Origin: Salpingoeca rosetta | Taxonomy: Eukaryota; Protista; Choanoflagellata | NCBI GenBank assembly: GCA_033442325.1 | Contig: JAWQFM010000009.1 | Location: 1,529,672 to 1,593,671 of the forward strand | DNA length: 64,000 nucleotides | Reading direction: 5' to 3' | Translations under genes and position numbers: made by a program | The notes under the pieces: generated by a model | Seen by the model: only the letters and a program-made list of their open reading frames with translations | What the model was told of the DNA's origin: nothing | Database searches by the model: none | In this document: positions 1 to 11,814 of the stretch, in pieces | Layout: each line of letters starts with the position of its first letter | How positions within the stretch are numbered: the first letter of the stretch is position 1

Positions 1-13
1 GATCTGCACACAG

Positions 14-40
14 GTGGAACAGGCTGTCGACGACAAGTGA
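14..40 (+). CDS. Possible terminal exon (VEQAVDDK*) of an upstream gene
   Basis: CACAG|GTGGAACAGGCTGTCGACGACAAGTGA at the window edge; nothing else is visible to support it. Confidence 0.25.
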   Translation: MEQAVDDK

Positions 41-711
41 ACAGTGATATGGACACGACCACTTCGCGCTTGTTTGCGCTTGTTTCCTCATCCGCTCTCT
101 TCCCCCCCCCACCCCCGGTTCTTTCGTTGGCCAGTCGTTGAGAAAGGGAGTTGTTACATTCCATTACATTCCCACGCATCACCATCATCTGCCTGTCATT
201 GCTGCTTCAACCATTACGCGCACCGTGGCATCTCTCCCAGTATGCACCACTGCACCCTCCACTTCTTGGTGTGAGTGAATGAAACCGTACACAGAGATAA
301 CATGGACGAGTCGTCAAGTCAACCCTAATGAAACAAGTCAACTTTTTGACACCTGGATCATCCATGACTGTTCGTTTACTCATCTTATGATGAATGAAGA
401 GAGAGTAAAGGTAACGGGACAATGACAACAACAATACCTGGCCAGTGCCAACCTTTGACATTTAACCGCAAACTTACCCACACGTACACACACATACACG
501 GATGCATGCATGCAAACGGGAACAATAACAATACAGCAATCGCAACACCACGTAGCACGCATCTACATGAAGCGGGAAAATGCCCAACTCCAACCAAAAC
601 CCCCAGCAATACTCAAGCCACAATGTCCACATATCACCTCCATGGCACATGCCACTCTCCATGCGCACATGTCACTGTCCATGTGCACGTGCCAGTGTCC
701 GTGTGCAGCCC

Positions 712-3682
712 CTACGACGACGATGTTGACGATGCAGATGCGGCCGACATGAGGTGATCAACGGCACTGGCGACATCGCCATCGGCAGCAACCAGCGCAG
801 CAACAGCAGCATCCGAATCGCCGCACAGCCCCATGTCCGCCAGCGTGTGCATGTGCTTGAGGTATGCGGGCACGCGCGTGTTGTCGTCGCAGCCGTCAAG
901 GACTGCGAGCACGTGTTCTGCTGGCCGGTGCGACGACAATTTCAGGTCGGCCGCTCGGAGCAACACATCCATAACCTGCCACACCATGTGTGTGTGTGAG
1001 TGAGTGAGTGAGTGAGTGAGTGAGTGAGTGAGTGAGTGAGTGAGTGAGTGAGTGAGTGAGTGAGTGAGTGAGTGAGTGAGTGAGTGAGTGAGTGAGTGAG
1101 TGAGTGAGTGAGTGAGTGAGTGAGTGAGTGAGTGAGTGAGTGAGTGAGTGAGTGAGTGAGTGAGTGAGTGAGTGAATGTGAATGTGTGTGTGAATGGGAA
1201 TGTGTACAAACACGTCCAAGCTCATAACGCAAGTGCCACACCTTGTTCATGTCTTGCTTGTAGTGCTCCACGGCCGCCCCTGCTAATGTTGCATCGAATC
1301 CCATGGCGCTCCAGTCCGTTTCTGCGGACGACCTCTCCGTTGCCGCTGAAGACGACGACGGCGGTGATGGCGATGAATGAGGCGACGCTCGTGTGCGCGC
1401 GGTGTGTGTGCGTGTTTGTGTGTGCGTGCTTGCCTGCGCGCGTGCATGCGAAGAGACTGCACGGGCCGCTGCCTGTCCAGGAACACGGGACGACGCCGAG
1501 TAATGACACGGTTGCTGCTGATGCTGCTGCTGCTGCCGTGCATGGTGTGCTGCTACATGGTGGTGGCCACCATGACCACCGTGACGGTGGCTGTGGTGGT
1601 GCTGCTGCTCCAGCCGCTCGAGCGCAGCCGACATTGAGTCGAACCGGTCCCGTGATGACGCCCGACCCAGGCCGTCATGATGGTGATGGTGATGATCGTT
1701 GTGGTGGCCATCGTGGCTATCATGGTGTTGATGCTGCGAGAGGTGGTGATCATGGTGGTGCTTAACATGGTGGGGTGATGATGATGATGATGATGGTGGT
1801 GGCGGTGGAGGACAACGTGCAGACTGCCGGTGGCTCGCTTGTCCATCTGCGTCCAAGTCCACCAGCATGCCACTGCCAGCATCATCGATGCTGTGCTGTG
1901 ATGCATGCGGTGGCTGTGGAGGATGCAGCGATGCGTCCGACCTGTCCCCAGCCATCGCATTCCGCCCATCCATCACAGGTGTTGCCTTTGCCTCCTCGCT
2001 CTCACCATTGCCAGCACCATCACGATCGTTACCACCACCACCACGGACATCTTTGTCATCACTGCTGTCGCCATCGTCGTCCAGGGACACGAGCGCCGTT
2101 AACCCCGCGCCAGAGACCGCCCCATACTCTGCCACGCCGCCCCCAACCTCCTCCTTGGCTGCAGCGTGCGAGTGCGCTTGTGCGTGTGAGTGCGCTTGTG
2201 TGCGGGTGTGTGTGGGCTGCAAGAGAGAGAGCAGCACGTCGTGTGTGTTGAGCGCCTGAAGCGTCGCCTCCTCAAACGGCGTCGACGTCAAGTTCTCGAA
2301 TTCCGCCAACGACAGCGACTGCAACTGCTGTGATGCGCGTACGCTCGCCACGTTCACTTGCTGGCCACCACGCTTTCTCTCGCTGGCACCCTGCCCCTGC
2401 CGCTTCGCCCCCTTAACTGCCGCCGCCTTCTCTTCCTCTTCCTCTTCCTCTGCCTCTGACAGCAACAGGTCTGGCGTTGCTGCATCGCCAACACCCGGCA
2501 GTGACGATGGCGGTGATGATGATGATGATGATGATGATGTGGTCACTGGTGGTGCTGGCGTCTTCATTGCTGTTGACACCACGCCCAGCGCTGTCTTGTC
2601 AGCCGCTGATTGCGGCTGCTGGGATGCTGTGTTCTCTGATGATGAGACAGCGTTCTCTGTTGTTGCTGACTGTTCTGCTGGTGCCATCGCTGGGAGTGTC
2701 GTTGTAACTAATGCTGATGTTTGGTCCGTGGTGTCTGCTTCGCCCTGCGCAGCTCCTGTGATCTGGGCGGTCGTGGTTGTTGTGGCCCCGCAGCTGCCTC
2801 CTTGTGTTGGCGGCGGGGGCGAGGGCGGTGAAGTGGATGCTGACGACGATGACGACGACGATGACACTGGCAGCACAGCAACACAGGGACTGATGGCGCG
2901 AAGCACCTCCGGCTGTTCGACAGTTGCTGCTGTTGTCGTGGCTGCTGTTGTTGCTGTTGCTGTCGTTGTCGTGCACTGGTCACGTGGCTGGGCCACCTGC
3001 GGCTGCTCGAGTTGGTGGACCCATGTGCTGCTGCCCAGCACCTCTGCCAACACGGCGTAGCCGCCATCCTGCCCGCTGTGCTCACTCGCGTCGTCTCCCG
3101 TCGTCGTTTGCACGGCCTCTGCCGCCGTTGCTGTGGTAGCATCCGCACTACCGTTGCTACCTTCCCTACTCCCATGCTGCTGCTGCTCTTGCGGTGCGAA
3201 GAACTCTGCATCAAACTCGTCATTGTCAATTGCCGCCCGGAGCAACCCGCCATCGTTGCTATTCCCATTACCACCATCACCATCATCATCACCATCATCA
3301 TCACCATTATAATGATCATCACCATGATCATGATCATCGCCAGTGCTGTTGTGGTTGGTGGTATGACCACTGCTGGTGTCGGCATTCTCACGCTCACGCT
3401 CACGCTCACGCAGGACGCCACGATGACTGTGACCATCAACAGCACCATCCCCATCATCACCAGCGGTGGTGTTGTCGTCGTCGTCGCGTGTGCTGGAGCG
3501 AGATGAGGTGTGGCCGTCAGACGGAGGCGATGGCGACGATGAGGAGGACGAGTGCGTTGCTGCCGTGGATGCTGTGGATGTGGGCGGTGTTGGTGATGTG
3601 GTTGACGATGATGTCGATGCACATTGTTGCTGCTGGTTTGGTGTGGGAGACGAGTGATTGTTGTTGTTGTTGTTGTTGTTGC

Positions 3683-3767
<85 letters not shown>

Positions 3768-4575
3768 GCGGCGTTTGGTTGTCTTCGCCTGTGCCGTACC
3801 AGCAGATACCGTCGTCACCATTGATCCTCCATCACCTTCATCAACACCACCATCACCGTCATCATTGTCGTTGCTCTGTGTTATTGGTGCAGGTGCTGAT
3901 GCCTCTTCTCTCGCCCGCTGCACCCGGACGGGCTCTGTGCGTGCGTGAGTGCGCGCGCGCGTGTGTGTGTGTGAGTTGTGTGCGTGCGTGAGCGTGTGTG
4001 TGTGTGTTGTGTGCGTGCGTGAGTGTGCGTGCGTGCGTGCGTGCGTGCGTGCGTGTGTGTGAGTGTGAGTGTGTGTGAGTGTGTGTTTGAGTGTGTGCGC
4101 ATCGTGTACACGCGTGCGTGCAGTTTTGTGTGAAGAACAAGTCGGGGCGTACGCACTGAGGAGTTGAGCGGCGCGGCGGTGTTCAGCGGCCTTGCGCAGA
4201 CTCTCCAGGACTCTCCGCTCCGTGTCAAACCGGTACTCAATGTGAAGCAGGTCTCCCGCACGCGCAACCTTGTCATACAGCTGACGATTGAATTGCTGTT
4301 TGGGGCAGGTGTGTGTGTGTGTGTGTGCGCGCGCGGGTTGTGTGTGAGGGGGATGGATGAAGGCACCACTGCATCGTACGTACAAGCCTCACACACGCCT
4401 CAATCAAGCGCAGCGTACGTGCATGCACACACAAACACACACACACACATACACAAACAAACAAACTAACAAACACACACACACACAGAAAACTCACGGG
4501 GCGTGTGATTTGGTATCGCGGGTGCAGCTTCACGTTGACACCGTGGACATTGTCTGTGGGTGGCAACAAGGCCAT
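712..4575 (-). CDS. UBAP1: UBAP1-like ESCRT-I subunit (N-terminal UMA, C-terminal tandem UBA/SOUBA), ~1057 aa, 4 exons
   Basis: Frame-consistent GT-AG exons 4575-4498, 4295-4157, 3934-1242, 975-712. The N-terminus DNVHGVNVKLHPRYQITRP...IEYRFDTERRVLE resembles the UMA domain. EFENLTSTPFEEATLQALNTHDVLLSLL resembles the UBAP1 DFExxxDPFxxLELKT motif. The C-terminus AMGFDATLAGAAV...HTLADMG...DGDVASAVDHL looks like overlapping UBA repeats. The middle is long and low-complexity. Confidence 0.75.
997..1174. repeat. (GAGT)n microsatellite in the last UBAP1 intron
   Basis: Perfect tetranucleotide run seen directly. Confidence 0.95.
3659..3768 (-). repeat. (AAC)n coding microsatellite giving poly-Asn in the UBAP1-like protein
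   Basis: (TTG)n on the + strand, in frame within exon 3. Confidence 0.9.
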
Positions 4576-5250
4576 GTCAACGAATCATGATAGAGCGCGA
4601 GTGAGCCGGTACCCAGAGGCTCACAATCAAATCACAATGCACGCCACACAACCCAAAAACACGCTCACTACATGAATGGCAGCTGATCCAACTCGCACCA
4701 TCGCTGGTGTGGAAACACAGCACACGAATCAACGCGAATTCAACGACAGACGAACAACGCAAGTCCTCCTGATCGGAAGCGGGTTGTACGTACCACGCGC
4801 ACGGGCGTGAGCCGACATGGCATTCCACGGTGTGACGGTGCTTCCTTCTTGTTCTTGTGCTCTTGTGCTCTTGTGCTCTTGGCTATTCTTCACAGCTGCG
4901 CTGCCACACACGTTCCAAGCTTGGTCTTTCTCTGCCCGTGATGTGTGTCTTGCTCGTTGGAAGCTGTGAATGGATGCAGGTTTGTCGTTGCTTTCTACTT
5001 CTCTTGTTCTTGTTCTTCTTGATGACACATCGATCGAATTCTATGAATAGTATACGACAATAATCCGCAATACTGGCAAGAGGCGTGGGAAGCGAGCGAG
5101 TGCGTGGTAGCAGCAGCAGCAGCAGTGAGTGGTTTGGTGCACTGCACGACAACGTGTGAGTTGATCCAACGCAAAGGCGCGTGTGATTGAGTGGGTGTGT
5201 GTGAGTGTGTGTGAGTGTGTGAGAGAGCGTTACACAACAAACCAACAGCC

Positions 5251-5950
5251 ATGCCGAAGATGTCGAGGAGCAAGAGACCGCCTCCAGAGGGGTGGGAGCT
5301 CATCGCGCCTACACTGGAGCAACTGGATCAGAAGCTGCGTGAAGGTGCGAGCATGGAGTGTGATCTGTGTGTGTGGGGGGGGGGATTAAGTGAGTGTATG
5401 CGTGAAGTTTCATCCGTGTCAGCGTGCAGTGTGTGTATGTGTGTGTGTGTGGTGATTTGTGTGTCATGCTTTTGGATTTGTGTGTATTCCTGGCTGCTTT
5501 CGTTTTTGTCAAGAGCGGCAGTGGCACTGCGCACATAGACGAGTACTGACCCACAAAGTTGTGCTTTGTGGCTGTGGTTGTTTGTGTCCTTATGTGTTAC
5601 GCATACAGCGGAGAATGAACCGCATGAGGGAAAGCGTAAATGCGAGACGCTCTGGCCCGTGTTCAGGATCCACCATCAAAAGTCCCGCTACATCTTCAAC
5701 CTCTACTACAAGCGCAAGGCAATAAGCAAAGGTGCGTGCATGTGTTGTGTGTGGTTGATGTGTAATGCCCATGTATGGCAGTTGAGCTCCACTTCACTGT
5801 GCATGCAACAGCGATACTGATGCTCTGCACCTCTGGTTCTCCTCCTTTGAACTGCGCTGTTGCCCCTTCACGTCTCCGCGCAATCAGAGCTGTACGACTT
5901 TTGTGTCAAGGAAGGCCACGCAGATCCAAACCTCATTGCCAAGTGGCGCA

Positions 5951-6029
<79 letters not shown>

Positions 6030-6532
6030 CGATCTTCCCCTTTCCCCACTTCTCGTGCTGTTGGTTTTGCCTCTGTTGGCGGAACCATTGGTCCATGTGT
6101 CCCACCCCCGACACTACTCCACCTCATATGCGTATCTACCTCATGCGTGTCCTTCGCAATGACGCCAGCCCGGCTACGAGAGCCTGTGCTGTCTAGCCTG
6201 TATCCAAACTCGGGACTCCAACCATGGCACCACGTGCATTTGCCGCGTCCCGCGCAGCAAACTCTCCGAGGTACGTGGCAGACTTGCTTCCATATGTGTG
6301 TGTGTCTATGTGTCTGTGTGTGTCTATGTGTCTGTGTCTGTCTGTCTGTCTGTCGGTCAAAATGTGCTGCCCTCCCCTCCCCACCTGCGACACACACACA
6401 CACACACATCACACACACACATCACACACACACATCACTCACACGCACACTCACACATATCACTCACGTGCTCACCTGCAGGACACCAAGTTTGAGTGCG
6501 TGCGCTGCGGCTGCCGTGGCTGTGGTCACTGA
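5251..6532 (+). CDS. BUD31: BUD31/G10 spliceosomal protein, 144 aa, 5 exons
   Basis: Exons 5251-5344, 5609-5731, 5888-5952, 6169-6270, 6482-6532 splice to [22 protein letters not shown]...[18 protein letters not shown]...[23 protein letters not shown]...CICRVP...[12 protein letters not shown]. Confidence 0.96.
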
Positions 6533-6817
6533 TCTGCGTCTTGTGCTTCTGTCTCGATGTGTGCGTGCGTGTGTGTGTGTGTGTGATTAGCTGTTGAGGA
6601 ACACACCTGCTGTTTGATTGAGTGTGTGTGGGGGGAGGGAGGGGGTGAGCGTGTGCGTTGTGGTGTTTGAAATGACAATCATCAGAACACAACACAGAAA
6701 CAACGACAAAGCAGCAACAGAGGAAAGCAAAGGTGAAGAAGCGTGCTCGCATTCACATCACACACATCACACTTTCAACAACCACAACAACCACGCACAC
6801 AGCACACACCAAGGACG

Positions 6818-7975
6818 ATGACGTTTGGACAGGTGGTGATTGGACCGCCGGGGTCTGGCAAGACGACATACGCCCTGGCTGTGGGGGAGTTCATGCGCGC
6901 GCGGCTGGGCCGTAAGGTGTGCGTGGTGAACCTGGACCCCGCATGCGAAGGCTACTGGCCACCAGCCCACCACCACGACGACAACGACGACGACGTCGTG
7001 GACGACGACGATGAGGAGGACAGCGATGAGGAGGATGTGGCAGAGGGCGTGGTTCGAACGAAGAGCGAGGCCGGAAACAACACTCACAGCAGCAGCAGCG
7101 GTAGTAGCAGACGAGACAAAGCACAGCAAGGGGCGAGGAAGAAGCAGACCACCAGCATCAACGACAACAGCACGAAGGACGAGAGCGCGACGCGACTGCA
7201 GGGTGCGAGCAGTGGAGACGGAAGGACGTTTGATATTGACGTGCGGGACCTGGTGCGCGCGGATGAGGTGATGGAGAGGTTACAACTGGGGCCCAACGCA
7301 GCGCTGGTCTTCTGCATGGAGTTTCTTGAGCAGAACTTGAGCTGGCTGAAGGAGCGCATTGACGAGCACAAGGGCCACACGTTCGTCTTCGACTGCCCGG
7401 GCCAGGTGGAGCTGTACACCCACCACCGCATGATGCGCGGCATCGTGCAGACCATGCAAGACACGTGGCACATGCGCGTGTGTTGCGTGCACCTGGTGGA
7501 CTCGTTCATGTGCAGCGACCCGGCCAACTTCATGTCGGCGCTGCTCGTGTCCATGTCTGCCATGATGATGCTGGAGCTGCCGCACGTGAACGTCCTCTCC
7601 AAGGTGGACCTGATCGAGGCCTATGGGCGCCTGCACTTCAACCTTGACTTCTACACGGAGGTGCTTGACCTCCACTACCTTGTGGACCAGATGGAAGCTG
7701 GGATGGTTGGCGGCGGCCGGCGGCAACAGCGGTTTCACGCGCTCACCGTCGCCCTGGCCGACCTCGTGCAGGACTACGCGCTGGTGCACTTCCAGACACT
7801 CAACGTGCAGTCGCCAGAGTCCATGGGCGCGCTTGTGCGGGCGGTGGATAAGGCGGTTGGCAACCTGTACACGCAGGCGAGCGAGGGGCAGGTGGCGATG
7901 GAGAGCGCCGTCTTTTCGCAGCCGCCGCTACACGAATCACACGCCTTTGCCGCACAACGCGAGTACATGTCGTAG
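6818..7975 (+). CDS. GPN2: GPN-loop GTPase 2, single exon
   Basis: FGQVVIGPPGSGKTTY (P-loop), VNLDPA, LGPNAAL (GPN loop), FDCPGQVELYTHH, PHVNVLSKVD. Confidence 0.93.
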   Translation: MTFGQVVIGPPGSGKTTYALAVGEFMRARLGRKVCVVNLDPACEGYWPPAHHHDDNDDDVVDDDDEEDSDEEDVAEGVVRTKSEAGNNTHSSSSGSSRRDKAQQGARKKQTTSINDNSTKDESATRLQGASSGDGRTFDIDVRDLVRADEVMERLQLGPNAALVFCMEFLEQNLSWLKERIDEHKGHTFVFDCPGQVELYTHHRMMRGIVQTMQDTWHMRVCCVHLVDSFMCSDPANFMSALLVSMSAMMMLELPHVNVLSKVDLIEAYGRLHFNLDFYTEVLDLHYLVDQMEAGMVGGGRRQQRFHALTVALADLVQDYALVHFQTLNVQSPESMGALVRAVDKAVGNLYTQASEGQVAMESAVFSQPPLHESHAFAAQREYMS

Positions 7976-7982
7976 CGCTTGG

Positions 7983-8045
<63 letters not shown>

Positions 8046-8050
<5 letters not shown>

Positions 8051-8311
8051 CCTCGCCAAGGGTATACTAGCCCGGTTTAATCCGGTATTACCGACCCGAC
8101 CCGGTACGTCGTTTCCGCCCCGGTTAAAGACTCTCATGGTAAGTTTACCCGGACGTCGTTTATATACGTTCTATGTTGCAATGAAATCTGCGGAGCATTT
8201 TCGTAAGTTTTTTGTTGGCCAGTGGGTGCGGATATACGTACTTACGATACCATAGCGCTATCATGATTGGTTCGAGAAGACTAATGCGTAGGGGCAGATA
8301 TGAAAATAACA
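8046..8311 (-). mobile_element. Compositionally foreign island; solo-LTR-like or other transposon remnant
   Basis: Non-repetitive TA/CCGG-rich sequence between two (GT)n tracts. The minus strand reads TGTTA...TCACA with CCAAT, TATATAAA and ATTAAA in LTR-like order. No target-site duplication is visible. Confidence 0.4.
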
Positions 8312-8331
8312 CTCTGGCTGTGTGAGAAGAG

Positions 8332-8372
<41 letters not shown>

Positions 8373-8742
8373 CAATGCCCCCCCCCGCGCACATACGCAC
8401 ACACGCGTGTCCTGTCATTCTCTCAAAGCGGCGCCCCCATCCCTTCCCTCCCCCGTCTTCATGTTGCATGCTGTCATGTCCGATGTGTGTATTCATTCCA
8501 TGGGGGTGGAACGATCAAAGGTGTTGTTGAAGTATGTGAACCTGTCTTGCCATGCGCAATCCCTCCCCCTTCCCCACTCCACCTCCTCTCCTTCCTCTGC
8601 CGCATCTCGGCTATGCCAACACAATACACTAGCTCGCAATCCCAACAACAACAACAACAACAACCACGCATCTACGCAAACAACAGCGAGGGACGCGCAA
8701 GCAAACTGAGACAGCGAGAATAGCAGCAAGCACACATCAGGG

Positions 8743-10486
8743 TCACTGGTCGTTCATGGCGGCGAGGTAGTGCTCAGCCTCGAGTGCAGCCATGCACCCC
8801 GTGCCGGCAGCCGTGACGGCCTGGCGCCACTTCTTGTCCTGCACATCACCAGCAGCAAACACGCCTTCAACGCTCGTCTGCGTCGTGCCAGGCTTGGTCA
8901 CAATGTACCCGTCCGTGTCTGTCTCCAGCTGTCCCTCGAGAAAGTCCGACGCGGGCTTGTGGCCAATGGCAAAGAAGAGCCCGTTTGCTTCCACCTCGCG
9001 TGTCTCGCCCGTCTTCTTGTCCTTGACCATCACGGAGCGGAGCAGGTCGTCACCCTTGGCCTCCACCACCTCGCTCGAGTACAGAAACTCAATCTTGGGG
9101 TTGGACATGGCGCGGTGTTGCATGATCTTGGACGCGCGGAGCTCGTCACGACGGTGCACAATGTACACCTTGGACGCGTACTTGGTGAGGAAGGTGGCCT
9201 CCTCCATGGCAGAGTCGCCGCCGCCAATCACCACCAGCGGCTTGTTGCGGAAGATGGGTGCTGCGCCATCGCACACCGCACACGCCGAGATGCCGCGCTG
9301 CCAGAACCCGCCCTCGCCCTCGCCAGAGCCGGGAAAGTGCAGGCGCTTGGCCACGGCGCCCGTGGCGATGATGATCGTGTCTGCAACGACTGTGCGGTCT
9401 TTGCTCTGCACCTTGAACGGGCGGGCGGTGGTGTCGACCTTGGTCACTGTCTCCGTGAAGATTTGCGTGCCAAAGCGCTCGCTCTGCTTGCGGAACCGCT
9501 CGCAAATCTCAGCGCCGAGGACGCCCTCAGGGAAGCCGGGGAAGTTCTCGACATCCTGCGGGTTTGCAGGGTGCAGGGGAGGTGGGGGTTAGGGCTGGCT
9601 TGGGGTGGTGAGACGATGGATGGATGGTGGTGGTGGTGGGTTTGGGGGGGGGGGGGGAGGGTGTGTGAAGCGAGTCGTGGATGGATAGATACAGCGAGCT
9701 GTGCGTACATGTACATGGGTTTCCTCCGCACACACACACACCTGCACATGAAAGCAAACATGCGCACGACAACAACCATGCACACAGACACACAGACACA
9801 CAGACACACAGACACACACATGTGCATTACGTACGGTGGTGGTGGTAAGCTGGCCGCCAGCAGCAACGTCGTTGGCAAGGAAGCCTTCGAACATGATGGG
9901 CTTCAGCTCAGCGCGAGCAGCGTCTACATGGAGGAAATGGAAGTTAAGTGGTGCAGCGAGGTCAGAGGTGTGTGTCGCCCAAGATGTGCAAGGCGCGCAG
10001 TGATTCCTCGCACGTAACAAACTAGAGCACAGGCAAGGCGCATTAATGTGAACCAAGGACGAACGCACGTATGCTCATGCACGCACATTTGTTCATACAC
10101 ACATATGCTCATCACACACACACAACACACGCAAAACACACACACAACACGCAAAACGGCTTACAGATGGCGGCGGTGTGGCCTGCGGGGCCACTGCCGA
10201 TGATGCAGACTTTGGTGCGGAGTTCCTCAGCCATGGCGTCGTTGGTGGTGTTGGCGTTGTTTGCGGCAGTGGATGACGTGGACAGGGAGCGGGAGCTTGC
10301 CGAAGACGAGGAAGCTGTGTTGGAGGCAGCGTGTGTGGCGGAGGCGACTGATGCAGCGGTGGCCGTACCCGTGGCGCTGTTGGAAAGGGTGCGGCGAGGA
10401 CGAGAGAGACGAGCGCCCATGCAGGATGAAGTTGACGCAGAAGCAAACGCACACAAGCTTCGCACAACGCGGGGTAGTCTCAGCAT
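8743..10486 (-). CDS. trxB: Low-molecular-weight (bacterial/fungal/plant NTR-type) thioredoxin reductase with N-terminal extension, 3 exons
   Basis: Exons 10486-10165, 9923-9835, 9555-8743 give [42 protein letters not shown] (CxxC), [29 protein letters not shown]...[13 protein letters not shown]. Confidence 0.96.
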
Positions 10487-11034
10487 ACCTTTTTGTCTGG
10501 ATGAGCGAGAATGTGCGAGCGAGGGGCGAGAAATGATGCCAGAGTGAGTGAGTGAGAGGATGTCGCACGGGATGGGGCGCACGAGAGGGGCAAGCGAAGC
10601 AAGCCGAGGCGAAGCGAGAAGGGGAGGGTGAACGACGAAGCAAGACACATTGCACTCACTGCATGTTGCATCTCACCTCTGTTCTGTTTCGTGTGCGGGC
10701 AATGGCGGAATGAGCCAAGATGATGTCAGATGTGGCTGTTGGTGATTTCTGTGTGTCGCATGTCGCGGGAACAAGGAAATGTTTGTGCAAATTGCACAGA
10801 TTCGATACGGCGTTGGTGGTTGGATAATTGGTGCTTGTCTTTAGTGAATCGTCCCAATCCACGCACGATTCTCATCCCTCCAAACCGCACTCCACAACCC
10901 AAGACAGACAGACAGACAGCATCACGCTTGCTTGCAGCGACACACACGACAACAACAATTAACGACAAGCGAGCACAAGCGAGCAGTCTTCTGCGAGGTT
11001 GATAATTTAGACGAGAAACCCCAAGCACACAGTC

Positions 11035-11814
11035 ATGGTGTCTTTGAACTTCTGCGGGCCCAAGTGCTCTCACTGCTGCTTCGTCCTCAGCATTTGGGGC
11101 ATCCTCATGCTGGTGCGTGCGAGTGTGTTTGCGTTTGTGTGTGTGGGGGGGGGGTTGGCGGGTGGATTCGTGTGTGTGTGCATGTGTGTGCAATGGTGTG
11201 TGTACATGTGTGTGTGCATGTGTGTGTGTGCAATGGTGTGTGTGTGTGTGCGTGTGTGCGTGTGCGTTTCCTGTGGTTGTGGACACCCCTAGTGCGCGTG
11301 TGCATCCGCGACCTTCCGTGCTCACGCAACACACACGCACATCCAAACACCACTTGTTGTTGTCAGGTGGTTCTTGGTGCGCTGTTCAAGACAAACAGCC
11401 GCGCACTGCGCTCTGACTCGTCGGATAACACAGTCGAGGACATGCACAACATCGGACAGTACGTTGACATGCGAATGCCTTGGGGTTGACATGCGAATGC
11501 CTTGGGGTTGACATGCGAATGCTTTGGTTGTTTTGTGATTCGATTCCGTGATTTGGTGCTGAGCCACTGTTGCGGTGTTGCTGCACAGTTGCATGACCGC
11601 TACCGCGGCCCTCTCTGACAGCTTGTCTGTTTCGCCAGCGCTGACAACACAACACAACACAACGCAACACAACACACAACGCAGGAATTGCTTCATTGCC
11701 GCGGGTCTTTATGGTGCCACCTTGCTCATCAGCTTCTGGCAAATGAGGCTCTCCCGAAAAGCAGCACAGCAGAGGGCAGAACTCAGAACAGAGAACAGTT
11801 ACTCCAGCTATTGA
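11035..11814 (+). CDS. RNASEK: RNase kappa / V-ATPase subunit f, 99 aa, 3 exons
   Basis: Exons 11035-11112, 11367-11458, 11685-11814 give [33 protein letters not shown]...[22 protein letters not shown], matching the family CGPK..S.WG and NCFIAAGLY motifs, with two TM helices. Confidence 0.92.
11463..11527. repeat. 22-bp tandem repeat GTTGACATGCGAATGCCTTGGG x~3 at the 5' end of RNASEK intron 2
   Basis: Two perfect copies and one near-perfect copy seen directly. Confidence 0.9.

Noticed and set aside
301-366. Imperfect inverted repeat CATGGACGA...TCATCCATG with ATGA..AA..GA as a SECIS or miRNA
   Set aside because: Helix II is too short for a SECIS, pairing is patchy, and no in-frame UGA selenoprotein is evident
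8059-8070. AGGGTATACTAG resembling the Drosophila DINE-1/Helentron end
   Set aside because: Short match recalled from memory with no partner sub-terminal repeat; not enough to assign a family
8500-8760. Selenocysteine read-through of the TrxR TGA stop
   Set aside because: The enzyme is low-MW type with no GCUG C-terminal motif, and no SECIS is seen downstream
11463-11527. 22-bp repeats as a CRISPR-like array
   Set aside because: Head-to-tail with no spacers, intronic, eukaryotic, and no cas genes
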